In this document: one piece after another, positions 29,614 to 39,516 of the stretch
How the letters are laid out: every line of letters starts with the position of its first letter
How positions within the stretch are numbered: position 1 is the stretch's first letter
Made by a program: the position numbers and the translations under genes
The notes under the pieces: generated by a model
The model's database searches: none
Told to the model about the DNA's origin: nothing
Seen by the model: only the letters and a program-made list of their open reading frames with translations
Virus record (IMG/VR): IMGVR_UViG_3300018916_000001
Coordinates: 1-64,000 of that record
Length of the DNA: 64,000 nucleotides
Direction: 5' to 3' (one strand)
Origin: a virus

Positions 29614-30015
29614 CTAAATCCCTATTAAAATAAAATCTTTACTACCATCAATAATCTTATCAAGAGGTAACTCTTCTACATCAAACCATTGAATTTTACT
29701 TACACTACTATCTCCATAAGTAATTTCTCCATCTAACTTAATACATTCATAACAGAGAAGTAATATTTGGATCTGAGTAGACTTTCCATTTCCCTTCTTC
29801 ACTAGAGAATATACTAAAGGAATCATTCTTACGTCTACTACATCATAACCAGTCTCTTCTTTAACTTCTCTAATTGCGGTATGAGAGGGACATTCACCAA
29901 ACTCAACTTTCCCTCCTGGTAACTCCCATTTATCAGGTACTCCTTTCCTTTGAGTTAGGAGTATCTTACCTTCATGAATCACTAAACCTAATGAGACTAT
30001 TATTTGCTTATTCAT
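29614..30015 (-). CDS. Nudix (MutT-like) hydrolase
   Basis: Nudix box GGKVEFGECPSHTAIREVKEETG. Confidence 0.92.
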   Translation of the reverse strand: MNKQIIVSLGLVIHEGKILLTQRKGVPDKWELPGGKVEFGECPSHTAIREVKEETGYDVVDVRMIPLVYSLVKKGNGKSTQIQILLLCYECIKLDGEITYGDSSVSKIQWFDVEELPLDKIIDGSKDFILIGI

Positions 30016-30078
30016 ATACTAATAATTAACTAAAAAAATTAAAAAGCTCCCAATGAAGAGAGCTACTAACTTATCTAT

Positions 30079-30564
30079 CTACTCTCCTAAATATTGGTCA
30101 TAATAAAAGACTTCTCCATCATTCGTCACATAGCCCGTTGGATCATTTAAGTTCTTATTAAATATTTCAGTAGCATCTTTAAGTACAAAATTATCTAACT
30201 CAGTAAATCTTAAATAATTACCTTCTAGCTCTAAAGTATAAAATCCATTATTATACCATTCAGGATGTTCTATTAACTCACTCATCTTAATCTTAGGAAT
30301 ATTAAAGACAATTACGTTATCTTCTTTAAGAAAACCTACTTTTATAAATCCAGAAGAATAACCAGTATTTCTCTTATACACGTCTTTATAAACTAAAGTC
30401 TTATCTTTATAACGGTCTACATATTGATACGGCTCTTTAGGTCTTGGTTTGCGAACTGTTACTTCCTCTTTCTTATCTGTTACTAAAGCTTTCAAGATTG
30501 TATTTAGCTCGGTACTTAACTTATCTAATTTACTTTCAATACTCATATTATTTACTCTCCTCAT
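30079..30564 (-). CDS. VYK..VG family protein
   Basis: VYKRN...KVGF...TGYV..DG.VFYYDQY. Confidence 0.6.
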   Translation of the reverse strand: MRRVNNMSIESKLDKLSTELNTILKALVTDKKEEVTVRKPRPKEPYQYVDRYKDKTLVYKDVYKRNTGYSSGFIKVGFLKEDNVIVFNIPKIKMSELIEHPEWYNNGFYTLELEGNYLRFTELDNFVLKDATEIFNKNLNDPTGYVTNDGEVFYYDQYLGE

Positions 30565-30686
30565 TCTTATCTACTTTTATTGATATCTTTGTTTGATTAC
30601 TAGAACTATAGCTATAGTCATCAATTGATAAACCCTTTAATAATCTATCTCTCAGTAAATCATGAAATTCTTTAACTGTCATCTCT

Positions 30687-30926
30687 TTATCTGTATAGAG
30701 AGGCATTTCTCTTATCTCCTTCATATTTATCTCTCATCATCTTTGACCATCTACCAAAAGAATTCATACGTCTTTTATCTTCTTTTAGTCGATTTAACTG
30801 TTGAGCAATGATTCTCTTATCTCTTAACTCATTAATCGCTTTTAATATTGGGTCATTTAGTAATTCTTTAAGATGTTCACAATTCTCTTTCTGCCACTCA
30901 TTTAAATAATCTGCTATAACTCCCAT
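30687..30926 (-). CDS. hypothetical protein
   Basis: 79-aa ORF. Confidence 0.5.
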   Translation of the reverse strand: MGVIADYLNEWQKENCEHLKELLNDPILKAINELRDKRIIAQQLNRLKEDKRRMNSFGRWSKMMRDKYEGDKRNASLYR

Positions 30927-30931
30927 CTTTC

Positions 30932-31345
30932 TTATCCTTCAATATACTGATCATAATAAACTGCTATTCCATTTTTATCTACGTAACCAGTAACTAGATA
31001 ATCATTAGGTTCCAAAAATGTACTTCCACTAAGACTAACTAACTGAGTAGGCATATTCTTAGGAGTAAATACTTTCTTATAATAACCACTAATCACTGTC
31101 TGAGGTGGTTCATATTCTCTCTTTACTACATTACCTTCATCATCTAATATATCTTTCCATCTAGTAACTTCTCTAATATCTTCTTGCTCAATATAAAACT
31201 CAGGATAAAATAACTGAGGCATTACATTCCCTATTGATTCATAAGTAGGAACATCAAACTCTAAATAACCATATTCATCTACTTGACCTACTTGAATGAA
31301 CTTTTCTGTATTTTGAACTTTCTTGTATACTGGTTTAGTTGTCAT
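30932..31345 (-). CDS. VYK..VG family protein
   Basis: VYKKV..QVG..D..G.LEF..P...FYPEFY...TGYVD.NG..VYYDQY. Confidence 0.6.
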   Translation of the reverse strand: MTTKPVYKKVQNTEKFIQVGQVDEYGYLEFDVPTYESIGNVMPQLFYPEFYIEQEDIREVTRWKDILDDEGNVVKREYEPPQTVISGYYKKVFTPKNMPTQLVSLSGSTFLEPNDYLVTGYVDKNGIAVYYDQYIEG

Positions 31346-31350
31346 TCTAT

Positions 31351-31725
31351 TTATCTTCCTTTAATTAATGTATGTTCAATCATTTTACGCAATAGTATAT
31401 TCTCAGGTTCTTCTATTCTTAGATACTCAAAGTTACTCTCTACGTCATCCCAATCTCTAAGAACTTTCTCTTGTACATAATACTCTCTATCCTCTTTACT
31501 TAAATTAATCTCTATACCTTCCACTGCTTCATAATAAAACTGGATATTACCCGACTTAAAATGCTCAGTATTTCTAAGTACAAAATAATTCCAGTCTATC
31601 AATATTACCGTTAGAGGATTGTCAGGATTGAATGATTTACCTAACTTCTCTTCATTTAAGAATTTACCTAGAGATACTCCACTAACACTTTTACCTGTGA
31701 ATAATGCTGAATAAGTTTTTGTCAT
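31351..31725 (-). CDS. hypothetical protein
   Basis: First gene after the leftward promoter. Confidence 0.6.
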   Translation of the reverse strand: MTKTYSALFTGKSVSGVSLGKFLNEEKLGKSFNPDNPLTVILIDWNYFVLRNTEHFKSGNIQFYYEAVEGIEINLSKEDREYYVQEKVLRDWDDVESNFEYLRIEEPENILLRKMIEHTLIKGR

Positions 31726-31750
31726 TTACTTTCTATTAACTCTTAGTTTG

Positions 31751-31763
31751 ATTATAACACAAG
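31751..31763 (-). promoter_or_regulatory. extended -10 promoter (CTTGTGTTATAAT)
   Basis: TGnTATAAT about 25 nt upstream of the ATG at 31725; near-identical motif at 36211. Confidence 0.55.
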
Positions 31764-32135
31764 CAGGTAATGAGTAGTGTAGTTAAGATAATAATGCTAC
31801 ATCTTCATTAGTATCTAGATAATATTTATACTGATAAAAAGTAAAAGAATTGTCTAGCCCTAACAATATATTCCGAATTAGCTCATTACTGCTATGAACA
31901 AACCAAATCCGCTAGGACGCGGTTCTCGCGAATAGGAAGATTACCTAAAATTGAGTCTTCCCATAATTCTAAATACTTATCAATATATTTTAGATTTTTC
32001 ATATATCACGGTAATAGTCCTTTAACACAAATCTATATTCTCTAATTTTTAGTGGCAAAGTTCCTATATACTAGCTAATAAAGTGTTTTAAAGCTAATTG
32101 GATAGGAGTAGTCTTACCCTTTTTTATTTCTAAAC

Positions 32136-32198
32136 TGTGGAGTTTTTTTCCAAAATGAACTATAATAAATATAGAAATCAATAAAAATTCCACAACTT
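32136..32198 (+). repeat. left imperfect inverted repeat flanking the helicase-like gene
   Basis: tgtggagtttttttccaaa...tatagaaatcaataaaaattccacaactt matches the reverse complement of 33954-34006. Confidence 0.7.
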
Positions 32199-33956
32199 AT
32201 GAAAAATACAATTGTCACAACTGAAGACCAAAAATACTTATCTGACGTTTTAAACGAACTTCCAATAGGTATTCTTAATAAAACTCAATGTAACGTAGGC
32301 GGTTCACACTTAGCCCTTAACTCCCCTGATAATTACCTCATAGTAGTTCCGACTAGGGATTTAATAGATAATAAGTTAGCAAATCCTGCTAATAGCAAAT
32401 ACGAACTGTTTGGTATTTATGGAGGAGTAACTAACAAACAATTTAAAGATTATATAAAGAGAAATACTAAACATCACATTTTAGTTACCTATGATTCTTT
32501 ACCTAAGCTAATTAAATGGTTAAGTGCTTTAGGTATAAATGCTTACGAGTATAAAGTTCTATTTGACGAATATCATATGCTTCTTACTGAAATGGGGTAT
32601 AGATATAAAGCTATTGAGAACTTAGTAAAAGAAGCTAAGAACTTTAAGCACTATACTTTTATGAGTGCTACACCTATTCCAGAGAAGTTCCTTCCAAAGA
32701 TACTAGCTGACTTACCTTACACAGAAATAAAATGGACTAATACTAAAACTATCCTCCCTACTAGATTCTGTAGTCCTAATGTATATCAAACAACGGTTAG
32801 ATTATTAAAAGAGTTAGAGAATGGATTAGACGGAATAGAGATAAAAGAACGTTTCATTTTTACTAATACGGTTATTGGCATTAAGCAAATATTAGACAGT
32901 GCTGAACTTAATCCTGAAGAAGTTAAGGTAGTTTGCTCTAACACTATAAGAAATCAACAAGTCCTAGGTAATTACGAAATATCTACAATGACTGGAGAGA
33001 ATAAGAAATACAACTTCTTTACTTCCAAAGGATTTCAAGGATGTGATTTATTTAGTAAGTCTGGTTTGTGTATTGTAGTAAGCGACTCAAAAAAGAAACA
33101 TACATTAACTGATATTCAAACTACCTTATATCAAATCAGTGGACGTATTAGAGATATTGATAACTTGTTTGCAGATAGAATATTTCATGTCTATTCCACT
33201 GGTTATGTAACTCAGACTAAAGAAGAATATGAAGCAGAGAAACAAGAATTAATAGACGAAGCACTAATGATTCTCGAAACTCAAAATAGTTTATCTGAGA
33301 AATCTAGAATTGCTTATGCTAAAAGACTTAATATAGATAACGACTTTATTATCTTTGATGAAGAAACAAAAACTTATGATTATTCCGAACTAAAAGAGAA
33401 GTTTGCTGATTTCAACTATGAACTTACTCAATATACTTATACCAATGGATTATCTATTAGAAAAGCTTATGAAGATTCTGGTATTAAAGCAGGTAATCAG
33501 ATACAAACATATTTAGCAGATAAAGATACTCAATTAGTTAAACGAGTGACAAAAGTAGGTTTTAAGATTTTATTAGAACAATATATTGAGTTAAGAGAAA
33601 AGAATAGAAAAGAAGATGCTGAGTTAATTAGTAGATACGAACTAGAACATCCAGTATTTAAAGATGCGTATGATAAGCTAGGTACAAAAATTATTAATAG
33701 CTGTAAATTTGTAGAAAAGAATATATTAGAAAAGTTATACTCTACTAGCAATAGTTCTGAAAACGCAATTAAAGAGTTACTAAGAGCTAAATATAAGAAA
33801 GGAGATATAGTACCTGTTAAAGAAGCAAAAGCTGAACTACAAAATATTTATAATACTTTAAAAATCAAATCTAAAGCCAAAGCTACTGAACTAAGTAAAT
33901 ATTTACCCGTAGAAACTGTCAAAGGTAGAAGTCATAACTCAGTAAGGTTTTTATAA
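32199..33956 (+). CDS. SF2 helicase-like / origin-binding-type protein
   Basis: IVVPT (Ia), VTYDS (Ib), LFDEYH (II), MSATP (III), FQGCD (V), QISGRIR (VI); degenerate Walker A (CNVGGS). Confidence 0.75.
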   Translation: MKNTIVTTEDQKYLSDVLNELPIGILNKTQCNVGGSHLALNSPDNYLIVVPTRDLIDNKLANPANSKYELFGIYGGVTNKQFKDYIKRNTKHHILVTYDSLPKLIKWLSALGINAYEYKVLFDEYHMLLTEMGYRYKAIENLVKEAKNFKHYTFMSATPIPEKFLPKILADLPYTEIKWTNTKTILPTRFCSPNVYQTTVRLLKELENGLDGIEIKERFIFTNTVIGIKQILDSAELNPEEVKVVCSNTIRNQQVLGNYEISTMTGENKKYNFFTSKGFQGCDLFSKSGLCIVVSDSKKKHTLTDIQTTLYQISGRIRDIDNLFADRIFHVYSTGYVTQTKEEYEAEKQELIDEALMILETQNSLSEKSRIAYAKRLNIDNDFIIFDEETKTYDYSELKEKFADFNYELTQYTYTNGLSIRKAYEDSGIKAGNQIQTYLADKDTQLVKRVTKVGFKILLEQYIELREKNRKEDAELISRYELEHPVFKDAYDKLGTKIINSCKFVEKNILEKLYSTSNSSENAIKELLRAKYKKGDIVPVKEAKAELQNIYNTLKIKSKAKATELSKYLPVETVKGRSHNSVRFL

Positions 33957-34006
33957 GTGTGGATTTTCTTTATTTCTATAAGATGAGTTTGGAAAATAAT
34001 TCCACA
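33954..34006 (-). repeat. right imperfect inverted repeat flanking the helicase-like gene
   Basis: taagtgtggattttctttatttctata...tttggaaaataattccaca. Confidence 0.7.
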
Positions 34007-34113
34007 TAATCCTAATAACTCTTCCCCAAATAACTAAAATAATATAAAATAGCAAAAAAATACTAGCTATCTTACTATTATGTTATAGTATAGGAAATTA
34101 ACTAAAAAATATT

Positions 34114-34524
34114 ATGGACTTACAAATTTGTTACAAAGGTTACGTATTAAAAGTAGAAATTATACGGATGACTGGTTATAAAGATAAATTTAGGTTAAAA
34201 GGTTTATGTAGAGAAGTCGGGTTTGAGTTTGTTAGTGAGATGGATGAAAATGCTTTAGATAGGTTGAAAGATAGATTTAGAGAACAAGTAGATTATTATT
34301 TGGAAGAGTCTTACGCATTAAAGTTAAGTGAATTAATAAAGCTGCTAGAAACAAATCCCAAATATGTAGAAAGAGTTTTAGAAAGTTTAATTATTAAAGA
34401 AAGAGACAATACATCTCTATTAGAAGTAGCACTATTTTATACAAAAGCTAAAGATATAAGCCCAGAAAATAGTATCATTATTAGTAGAATCGAGAAAAAG
34501 TATACTGCAAATAAAGGAGAATAA
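34114..34524 (+). CDS. HicB-like domain protein
   Basis: YKGYVLKVE...GLCREVGF...LKDRFREQVDYYLE. Confidence 0.6.
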   Translation: MDLQICYKGYVLKVEIIRMTGYKDKFRLKGLCREVGFEFVSEMDENALDRLKDRFREQVDYYLEESYALKLSELIKLLETNPKYVERVLESLIIKERDNTSLLEVALFYTKAKDISPENSIIISRIEKKYTANKGE

Positions 34525-34529
34525 AAATT

Positions 34530-35186
34530 ATGGCAATTACAACTGAAATGGAAATTCGTCTTTTACACGAAGACATTGCTCGATTACATAAAGCAACTAA
34601 GACTGAAGATAAAAAGAAGAGAATTAAAGCTATCAAAGAAAGAAATGAGTATTTGAATGGTAGAGGTTATAAAGTAATCAACGTAAAAGATATTAATGGA
34701 TATCATATTACTTATGCAATTCACGAGTATTTATTTGATGACTCAGTAATGCAAGGTAGAGAAAAAGATGAAGATAATGAAGAACCTGATTGGGCAATTA
34801 TTGAGTTAGGTGCTTATTACTTCGATGAAGAGAAGCATAATTATGAAGGATTGACAGTTAGCTTAATGGGAATCAAACAAGTAACAGACGAAGAGTTAGA
34901 AAAATTATCTGAGTCAGAACAGTTGTTTATTAAAGAGATACGTGAACCTAACCGAATGATTCCTATTGGAGTTATTCACGGTGACATGATTGAATTGCAA
35001 GGTATAAGCGGTGAAGTAGTTAAAGATTATGAAGAATTTTTAGGGCTTAGTAGTAAACTTTCTAAATTTATATTGTCAGATGAGATGGTAGAAGAATTAT
35101 TCTATCCTGAATATTACACTGTGGATAAGGAAGGGAATTACAAAGAACTAGATAAAGATACAGCCTATTTCTTTGTAGGTCAGTAG
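34530..35186 (+). CDS. chimeric protein (GY..AIH..PDWAII domain plus IG..FYPEYY domain)
   Basis: YLNGRGY...YAIHEY...PDWAIIE; IPIGVI...FYPEYY. Confidence 0.6.
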   Translation: MAITTEMEIRLLHEDIARLHKATKTEDKKKRIKAIKERNEYLNGRGYKVINVKDINGYHITYAIHEYLFDDSVMQGREKDEDNEEPDWAIIELGAYYFDEEKHNYEGLTVSLMGIKQVTDEELEKLSESEQLFIKEIREPNRMIPIGVIHGDMIELQGISGEVVKDYEEFLGLSSKLSKFILSDEMVEELFYPEYYTVDKEGNYKELDKDTAYFFVGQ

Positions 35187-35191
35187 TCAAT

Positions 35192-35219
35192 AAAAAAGCT
35201 GGCTCCAAATACCAGCTAA
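35192..35219. terminator. hairpin between convergent genes
   Basis: aaaaaAGCTGG ctccaaata CCAGCT. Confidence 0.5.
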
Positions 35220-35305
35220 TTATAGAAAAAACAAGCACAAACGTCATGAATCAAAAACAACACACAGTCCTAACATCTAAGACCATAAATTTATTATAAC
35301 AGCTT

Positions 35306-35650
35306 TTAACAAAAATAACTAATTAATCCTACTAATATTGTTTTTTTACCGTCTATATAGTAAGTAATATAGGGAACATAATTAGACGGAAGTAAAAGAT
35401 TAATTCTTCTAGTAAGAGTGCTATATTTAATATTACAGATCATTTCACAAATCATAGATCTAATATAGTGTAATAAGTCATATTCTTCACTATTGTCAAT
35501 ACTTAAACTTATTTCTGATTTAGAGATTAAAGCCTCAGCAGGTATAAATGTTTCTTCTATAAAACTAAAATGATGATTTGTATAATTATTTAGTTCTTCT
35601 TTTAAAAGTTCTAGTTGTAGGTCAACAGAAAGTAACATATTAGTTTTCAT
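35306..35650 (-). CDS. hypothetical protein, paralog of 35730..36143 and 39517..39894
   Basis: Shared ICE/IEEC...(N/V)LLP...YI...IL.G.(I/V)S.(Y/F). Confidence 0.55.
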   Translation of the reverse strand: MKTNMLLSVDLQLELLKEELNNYTNHHFSFIEETFIPAEALISKSEISLSIDNSEEYDLLHYIRSMICEMICNIKYSTLTRRINLLLPSNYVPYITYYIDGKKTILVGLISYFC

Positions 35651-35729
35651 AGCTTTATCGTTAAAATTAATAAAGAGGTAAGATTGTTTATGTCCTACCT
35701 CTTCAGGTATTTATTTAGTTATCAGTTAA

Positions 35730-36143
35730 CTATTGGTCATTAAAGTAAAGACTTACAAAACCAGCTAATATCACTCTATCGTCTTGAATGTAAGTACATA
35801 TATAACGTGTAAAATGTGGAGCTTCAGGTAATAAAACAATAACTTCTTTTGTGTTACGTTTTCTACATTCTTCTATAATACCTTCTACTAAACCATTTAA
35901 TATACGTTCAACATCACTGTTTAAATATGTTTTGTCATTTTCGTAAGCTTGCTCAAATTTATGATTTTCTTCTACATCCCAAGCCATTCCTAGTTTTATA
36001 GTCTTTCGTATATCTGGGACACAATCAGTAAAAATGAATTTATATTCTCCGTTAGTTAATATATCTACTCTTCGTTTTATAAAGAATATTTGATCACTAA
36101 ATTCTGGAAGATTCTTTTCAATGTAAGAAATATCAATAGTCAT
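35730..36143 (-). CDS. hypothetical protein (paralog family)
   Basis: GLVEGIIEECRKR...VLLP...ILAGFVSLYFND. Confidence 0.6.
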   Translation of the reverse strand: MTIDISYIEKNLPEFSDQIFFIKRRVDILTNGEYKFIFTDCVPDIRKTIKLGMAWDVEENHKFEQAYENDKTYLNSDVERILNGLVEGIIEECRKRNTKEVIVLLPEAPHFTRYICTYIQDDRVILAGFVSLYFNDQ

Positions 36144-36210
36144 AAATTTTTATTATTATTGGTAACGTTATTACTTAATTGTAACTCATTTCTATACTAC
36201 TTCTTATCTA

Positions 36211-36223
36211 CTTGTGCTATAAT
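36211..36223 (+). promoter_or_regulatory. extended -10 promoter (CTTGTGCTATAAT)
   Basis: TGnTATAAT upstream of 36312..36722. Confidence 0.5.
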
Positions 36224-36311
36224 ATAAGAAATTTGTAGACGACAATATGCCAAATAGAGAAAATGAAAAAATAAAAATATAGCACTAACCAGAATACTTG
36301 AGACAGTTAAC

Positions 36312-36722
36312 TTGTTAGAAGACAATATAAAAGATGAATTAGTTAACCACCTACTCTCAAATAAAAAACTAAGAGATGTAACTACTGTATACAAATTAAA
36401 TATAGCTACTGAGAAAATGCTAGCTGTTGGTACTGTAGAATATCATATTGGAGAGAAAGATTATGTGCTAACTTTATTTCCAGATCCAACAGAGAAAATG
36501 AAAGGTATTACTTCTCTTAAAGACGCTAAGCCATATTACCCAGATTGGTATATTGAAGATGGCAAGGGAGGATATAAAAAGATTATTCCAATTAACAATC
36601 CTCAGCAAGTATACATAAATAGTGAAAAAGAAATTGTATCTATTGGTATTATCAGTGATTATCTAAGTGTTCAACTATTTAGTAATTATGAGCAGATGGA
36701 TAGAAATAATCGAAGATACTGA
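36312..36722 (+). CDS. VYK..VG family protein
   Basis: VYKLN..LAVG...YYPDWY...SIG. Confidence 0.55.
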   Translation: MLEDNIKDELVNHLLSNKKLRDVTTVYKLNIATEKMLAVGTVEYHIGEKDYVLTLFPDPTEKMKGITSLKDAKPYYPDWYIEDGKGGYKKIIPINNPQQVYINSEKEIVSIGIISDYLSVQLFSNYEQMDRNNRRY

Positions 36723-36799
36723 GATAAACAAGTGGTTAAATAAAATTCAATAAATAATTAGAGGTAAGAGAATTATAACTCCTACCTCTTTTAATATTA

Positions 36800-36985
36800 T
36801 TATAAGTTCAATACTCTTCCATCGCTATCGTAACAAGTATAGTAATACTCAGTAGAATTATTAATATACCAGTTAACTCCTTCTCATGTATTAGCTCCAA
36901 CTGTTTTATAGGCTTCTCCTACTTTAACTCTTTGACCGTCACTTACTCTATCTCGATAAACTTCACAATAGATTTTGTTACTCAT
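36800..36985 (-). pseudogene. 62-codon ORF with internal TGA (36884-36886)
   Basis: MSNKIYCEVYRD...KVGE...ANT*EGVNWY...RVLNL; SD AAGGT. Confidence 0.55.
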
Positions 36986-37050
36986 AATTTTTACCTTTTT
37001 AGTTTAATTTAGTTAGTAGATAAACTAGATATTATTAGGTAGAACTTACC

Positions 37051-37539
37051 CTATCGGATTCCATCAATAACGAAGCCATTTGGATATCTAGCTCCTAACT
37101 TTTTATTTAATATATCGAAACTATCTGATAAATCAAAGTTATTACTAATTAGTTTTAATGGTTCGATAAATCCATCTAATGAGCTAATATCTCTACTAGG
37201 ATAATCTCTAACGTATTTCTTAGCTTTCTCTAGAAAATACAAACTTTGATGTAAAGCTTCATATAATAATTCTGTACCATTAGCTGTAAACTCATACGTA
37301 TTGGAGAAGTTAATATTATCTAGTAGTTCTTCTTTACCTAACATAATACTAAGAGCTACAGTATACCAAACTATATCTGCCAACTCCATCTTAAAGTTTT
37401 CATCTGATACTTCATATTCATCTATTGTTTCTCCTATTTCTCCAACTAATCCCATTGAGTAAATAGCAATAGTAAGTCTGTCGTTAACATCTAGATTGCT
37501 AGCAGTTGTCTTAACTAAATTAATCAATTGGTCTTTCAT
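37051..37539 (-). CDS. MazG-like NTP pyrophosphohydrolase
   Basis: GLVGEIGE...ELADIVWY...NKKLGARYPNGF. Confidence 0.8.
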   Translation of the reverse strand: MKDQLINLVKTTASNLDVNDRLTIAIYSMGLVGEIGETIDEYEVSDENFKMELADIVWYTVALSIMLGKEELLDNINFSNTYEFTANGTELLYEALHQSLYFLEKAKKYVRDYPSRDISSLDGFIEPLKLISNNFDLSDSFDILNKKLGARYPNGFVIDGIR

Positions 37540-37576
37540 AGTTTTATCTACTTCCTTCTTAAAATTACAAATCTAT

Positions 37577-38599
37577 CTATTTATTAGAAAATCTCATAAA
37601 GTAAAAAGTCTTAAAACTATCAAATGAAGTTAAATGTAAAATATCTTTAGCTTTCTCATATAGCTTACCTAATTTAATATCTAGTACAAGTGAATAATTA
37701 GAATTATCTTTCAACTTCTCTATATCTTTATTGATTTTGGTTAGAGCATAGATAAAGTCTTCTGCCATAACTAAATCTTCATCTTTCTCTTTATCATTCT
37801 TTAAGCGAGTATCAACAGCTTTCTTAAATTCATTCATTATATGGTCTATTCCTGCTGAACTCATATAGTAGAATCCAGTTTCTTTACATTCAGCGATACA
37901 CATCCGATAATCTATACTGTGTTTTAAATGTAGAATAAATCCTTCATAGTACCATTCTGAAGAATCTCCCATTTTTATAACGTCATTCATATTACTCTTA
38001 TTTTGATTTAGTTGTTTATCTATCCATTGTTGGAATTGCTCTACTAAACTATTTAAACTACTACAAGTACCTATTCTAGGGATGAAGTTTGTGTCACATT
38101 TATATTTACTAACTTGATTAATATAAGGATCGTAGCTATCAATAGTTAAAGTCTGACCTTTATATTCAACTACTAGATTCATTAAATGATTTGAATTAGC
38201 AATATTAAATTTATCTACATGACCTTTATGCCAGTGAAGAACTCTTTCTAGAGATTCATTAGAGATTTTAATTGGACTTGAATATACATCTCCAGTTAAA
38301 ATACATCTGAAGTATTGACTATCATCTTCTTTAGTCTCGGACGAGCATTGACGAGTAATTTCTACTGAATAGCCTTTATAAGTAGAAGTAATTTTCATCA
38401 TAGTTTTATTATCTAACTTTTTATCTACTGCTTTCTTAAACTCAGAAATTATATAATCTATTCTTCCAAATGTCTTGTAGTAAATATCTAGTTCTTTACA
38501 TTCTACAATAACATAGCAGGATGAAGTAGTTTTTAAAGATAAAATAAAACCTTCGTAATGGTACTCTGAAAATTTAACGATTTCTATTAGGTCATTCAT
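37577..38599 (-). CDS. protein with four tandem HicB-like domains
   Basis: YEGF/YKGY/YKGQ/YEGF repeats ending FKKAVD etc. Confidence 0.65.
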   Translation of the reverse strand: MNDLIEIVKFSEYHYEGFILSLKTTSSCYVIVECKELDIYYKTFGRIDYIISEFKKAVDKKLDNKTMMKITSTYKGYSVEITRQCSSETKEDDSQYFRCILTGDVYSSPIKISNESLERVLHWHKGHVDKFNIANSNHLMNLVVEYKGQTLTIDSYDPYINQVSKYKCDTNFIPRIGTCSSLNSLVEQFQQWIDKQLNQNKSNMNDVIKMGDSSEWYYEGFILHLKHSIDYRMCIAECKETGFYYMSSAGIDHIMNEFKKAVDTRLKNDKEKDEDLVMAEDFIYALTKINKDIEKLKDNSNYSLVLDIKLGKLYEKAKDILHLTSFDSFKTFYFMRFSNK

Positions 38600-38602
38600 T
38601 TA

Positions 38603-39217
38603 TTATTTATTTCCTATATTTAAATACTGTTTCTTTACATCTTCAAGAGTCAAACCTAAAGTCTCATGATACTCTTCATATACCTCATTTAATTTAGTCT
38701 GATTATCTCTTTTAATCACCAATAATTGATTAAAGTATTCTCTATTAGATCTTTCTTTCTTCTCTTCTTCTTTTTTAGTTTGGAGATAAGAATAATAATC
38801 AATGAAAGATTCAAATGAGCTACTAGGCATTACTTTATCTCGATATTCGTCATAAACTCTCTTAAGTTTTACGGATAGAACCGTACCGGAATATTCATCT
38901 TCTTCTAGTAAGTTCATTTCTTCAGCTACTTTGTCTAGCTTGGAGATAAATTCCTTAACTAATTCTGCGTCTTTATCCATTGGAGTATTTTTATTTCCTA
39001 TTGGATTATTTAATGGAACCTCCTTTTCTTTTTTAGACTTTTGATAATTTACCTCTCTTTTAAAGCTACTAATTATATTAGTCAAATCAGTTTTATAAAT
39101 ATCTTGCGGAAGATAAGGAAGTTCATTACATTTAGTTTTATAGAGAGTAGTTTTACCTGTGTCATAATCTGTAACTTCTTCAATTTCTAGAACGTAACCT
39201 TCATGTTCAATTTTCAT
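38603..39217 (-). CDS. HicB-like domain plus helical domain shared with 37577..38599
   Basis: HEGYVLEIE...CNEL...FKREVN; KDAELVKEFI...SFESF. Confidence 0.6.
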   Translation of the reverse strand: MKIEHEGYVLEIEEVTDYDTGKTTLYKTKCNELPYLPQDIYKTDLTNIISSFKREVNYQKSKKEKEVPLNNPIGNKNTPMDKDAELVKEFISKLDKVAEEMNLLEEDEYSGTVLSVKLKRVYDEYRDKVMPSSSFESFIDYYSYLQTKKEEEKKERSNREYFNQLLVIKRDNQTKLNEVYEEYHETLGLTLEDVKKQYLNIGNK

Positions 39218-39485
39218 AGTTTTTACTCCTTAAAATTACAAATCTATTTTCTATTGGAAACTTAGGGCTATCTTCATCCTCTAAATATCTCTCAGTATAA
39301 AATTGAGTAGGAATCCAGCAACCCGATTCAATCCATCTCTTATGGCTTTCTTTTAATTTCTCTACTTGTTCTTCTGTGAGATTAGAAATATCTATTACTC
39401 CTAACTCCTGATGAGTTAATTCTTTATTATTTGTCAACATATTATCTATTATTGTAGTTATCAATATAATCTGAGAGGTACTCAA
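39207..39485 (-). CDS. hypothetical protein
   Basis: ORF in operon. Confidence 0.5.
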   Translation of the reverse strand: MSTSQIILITTIIDNMLTNNKELTHQELGVIDISNLTEEQVEKLKESHKRWIESGCWIPTQFYTERYLEDEDSPKFPIENRFVILRSKNYEN

Positions 39486-39516
39486 ATCCTTTTATAGTCG
39501 TAGCTTGTATTATCAT

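Noticed and set aside
32136-34006. DnaA boxes in the inverted repeats
   Set aside because: TGTGGA/TCCACA cores match only partly; no full TTATCCACA
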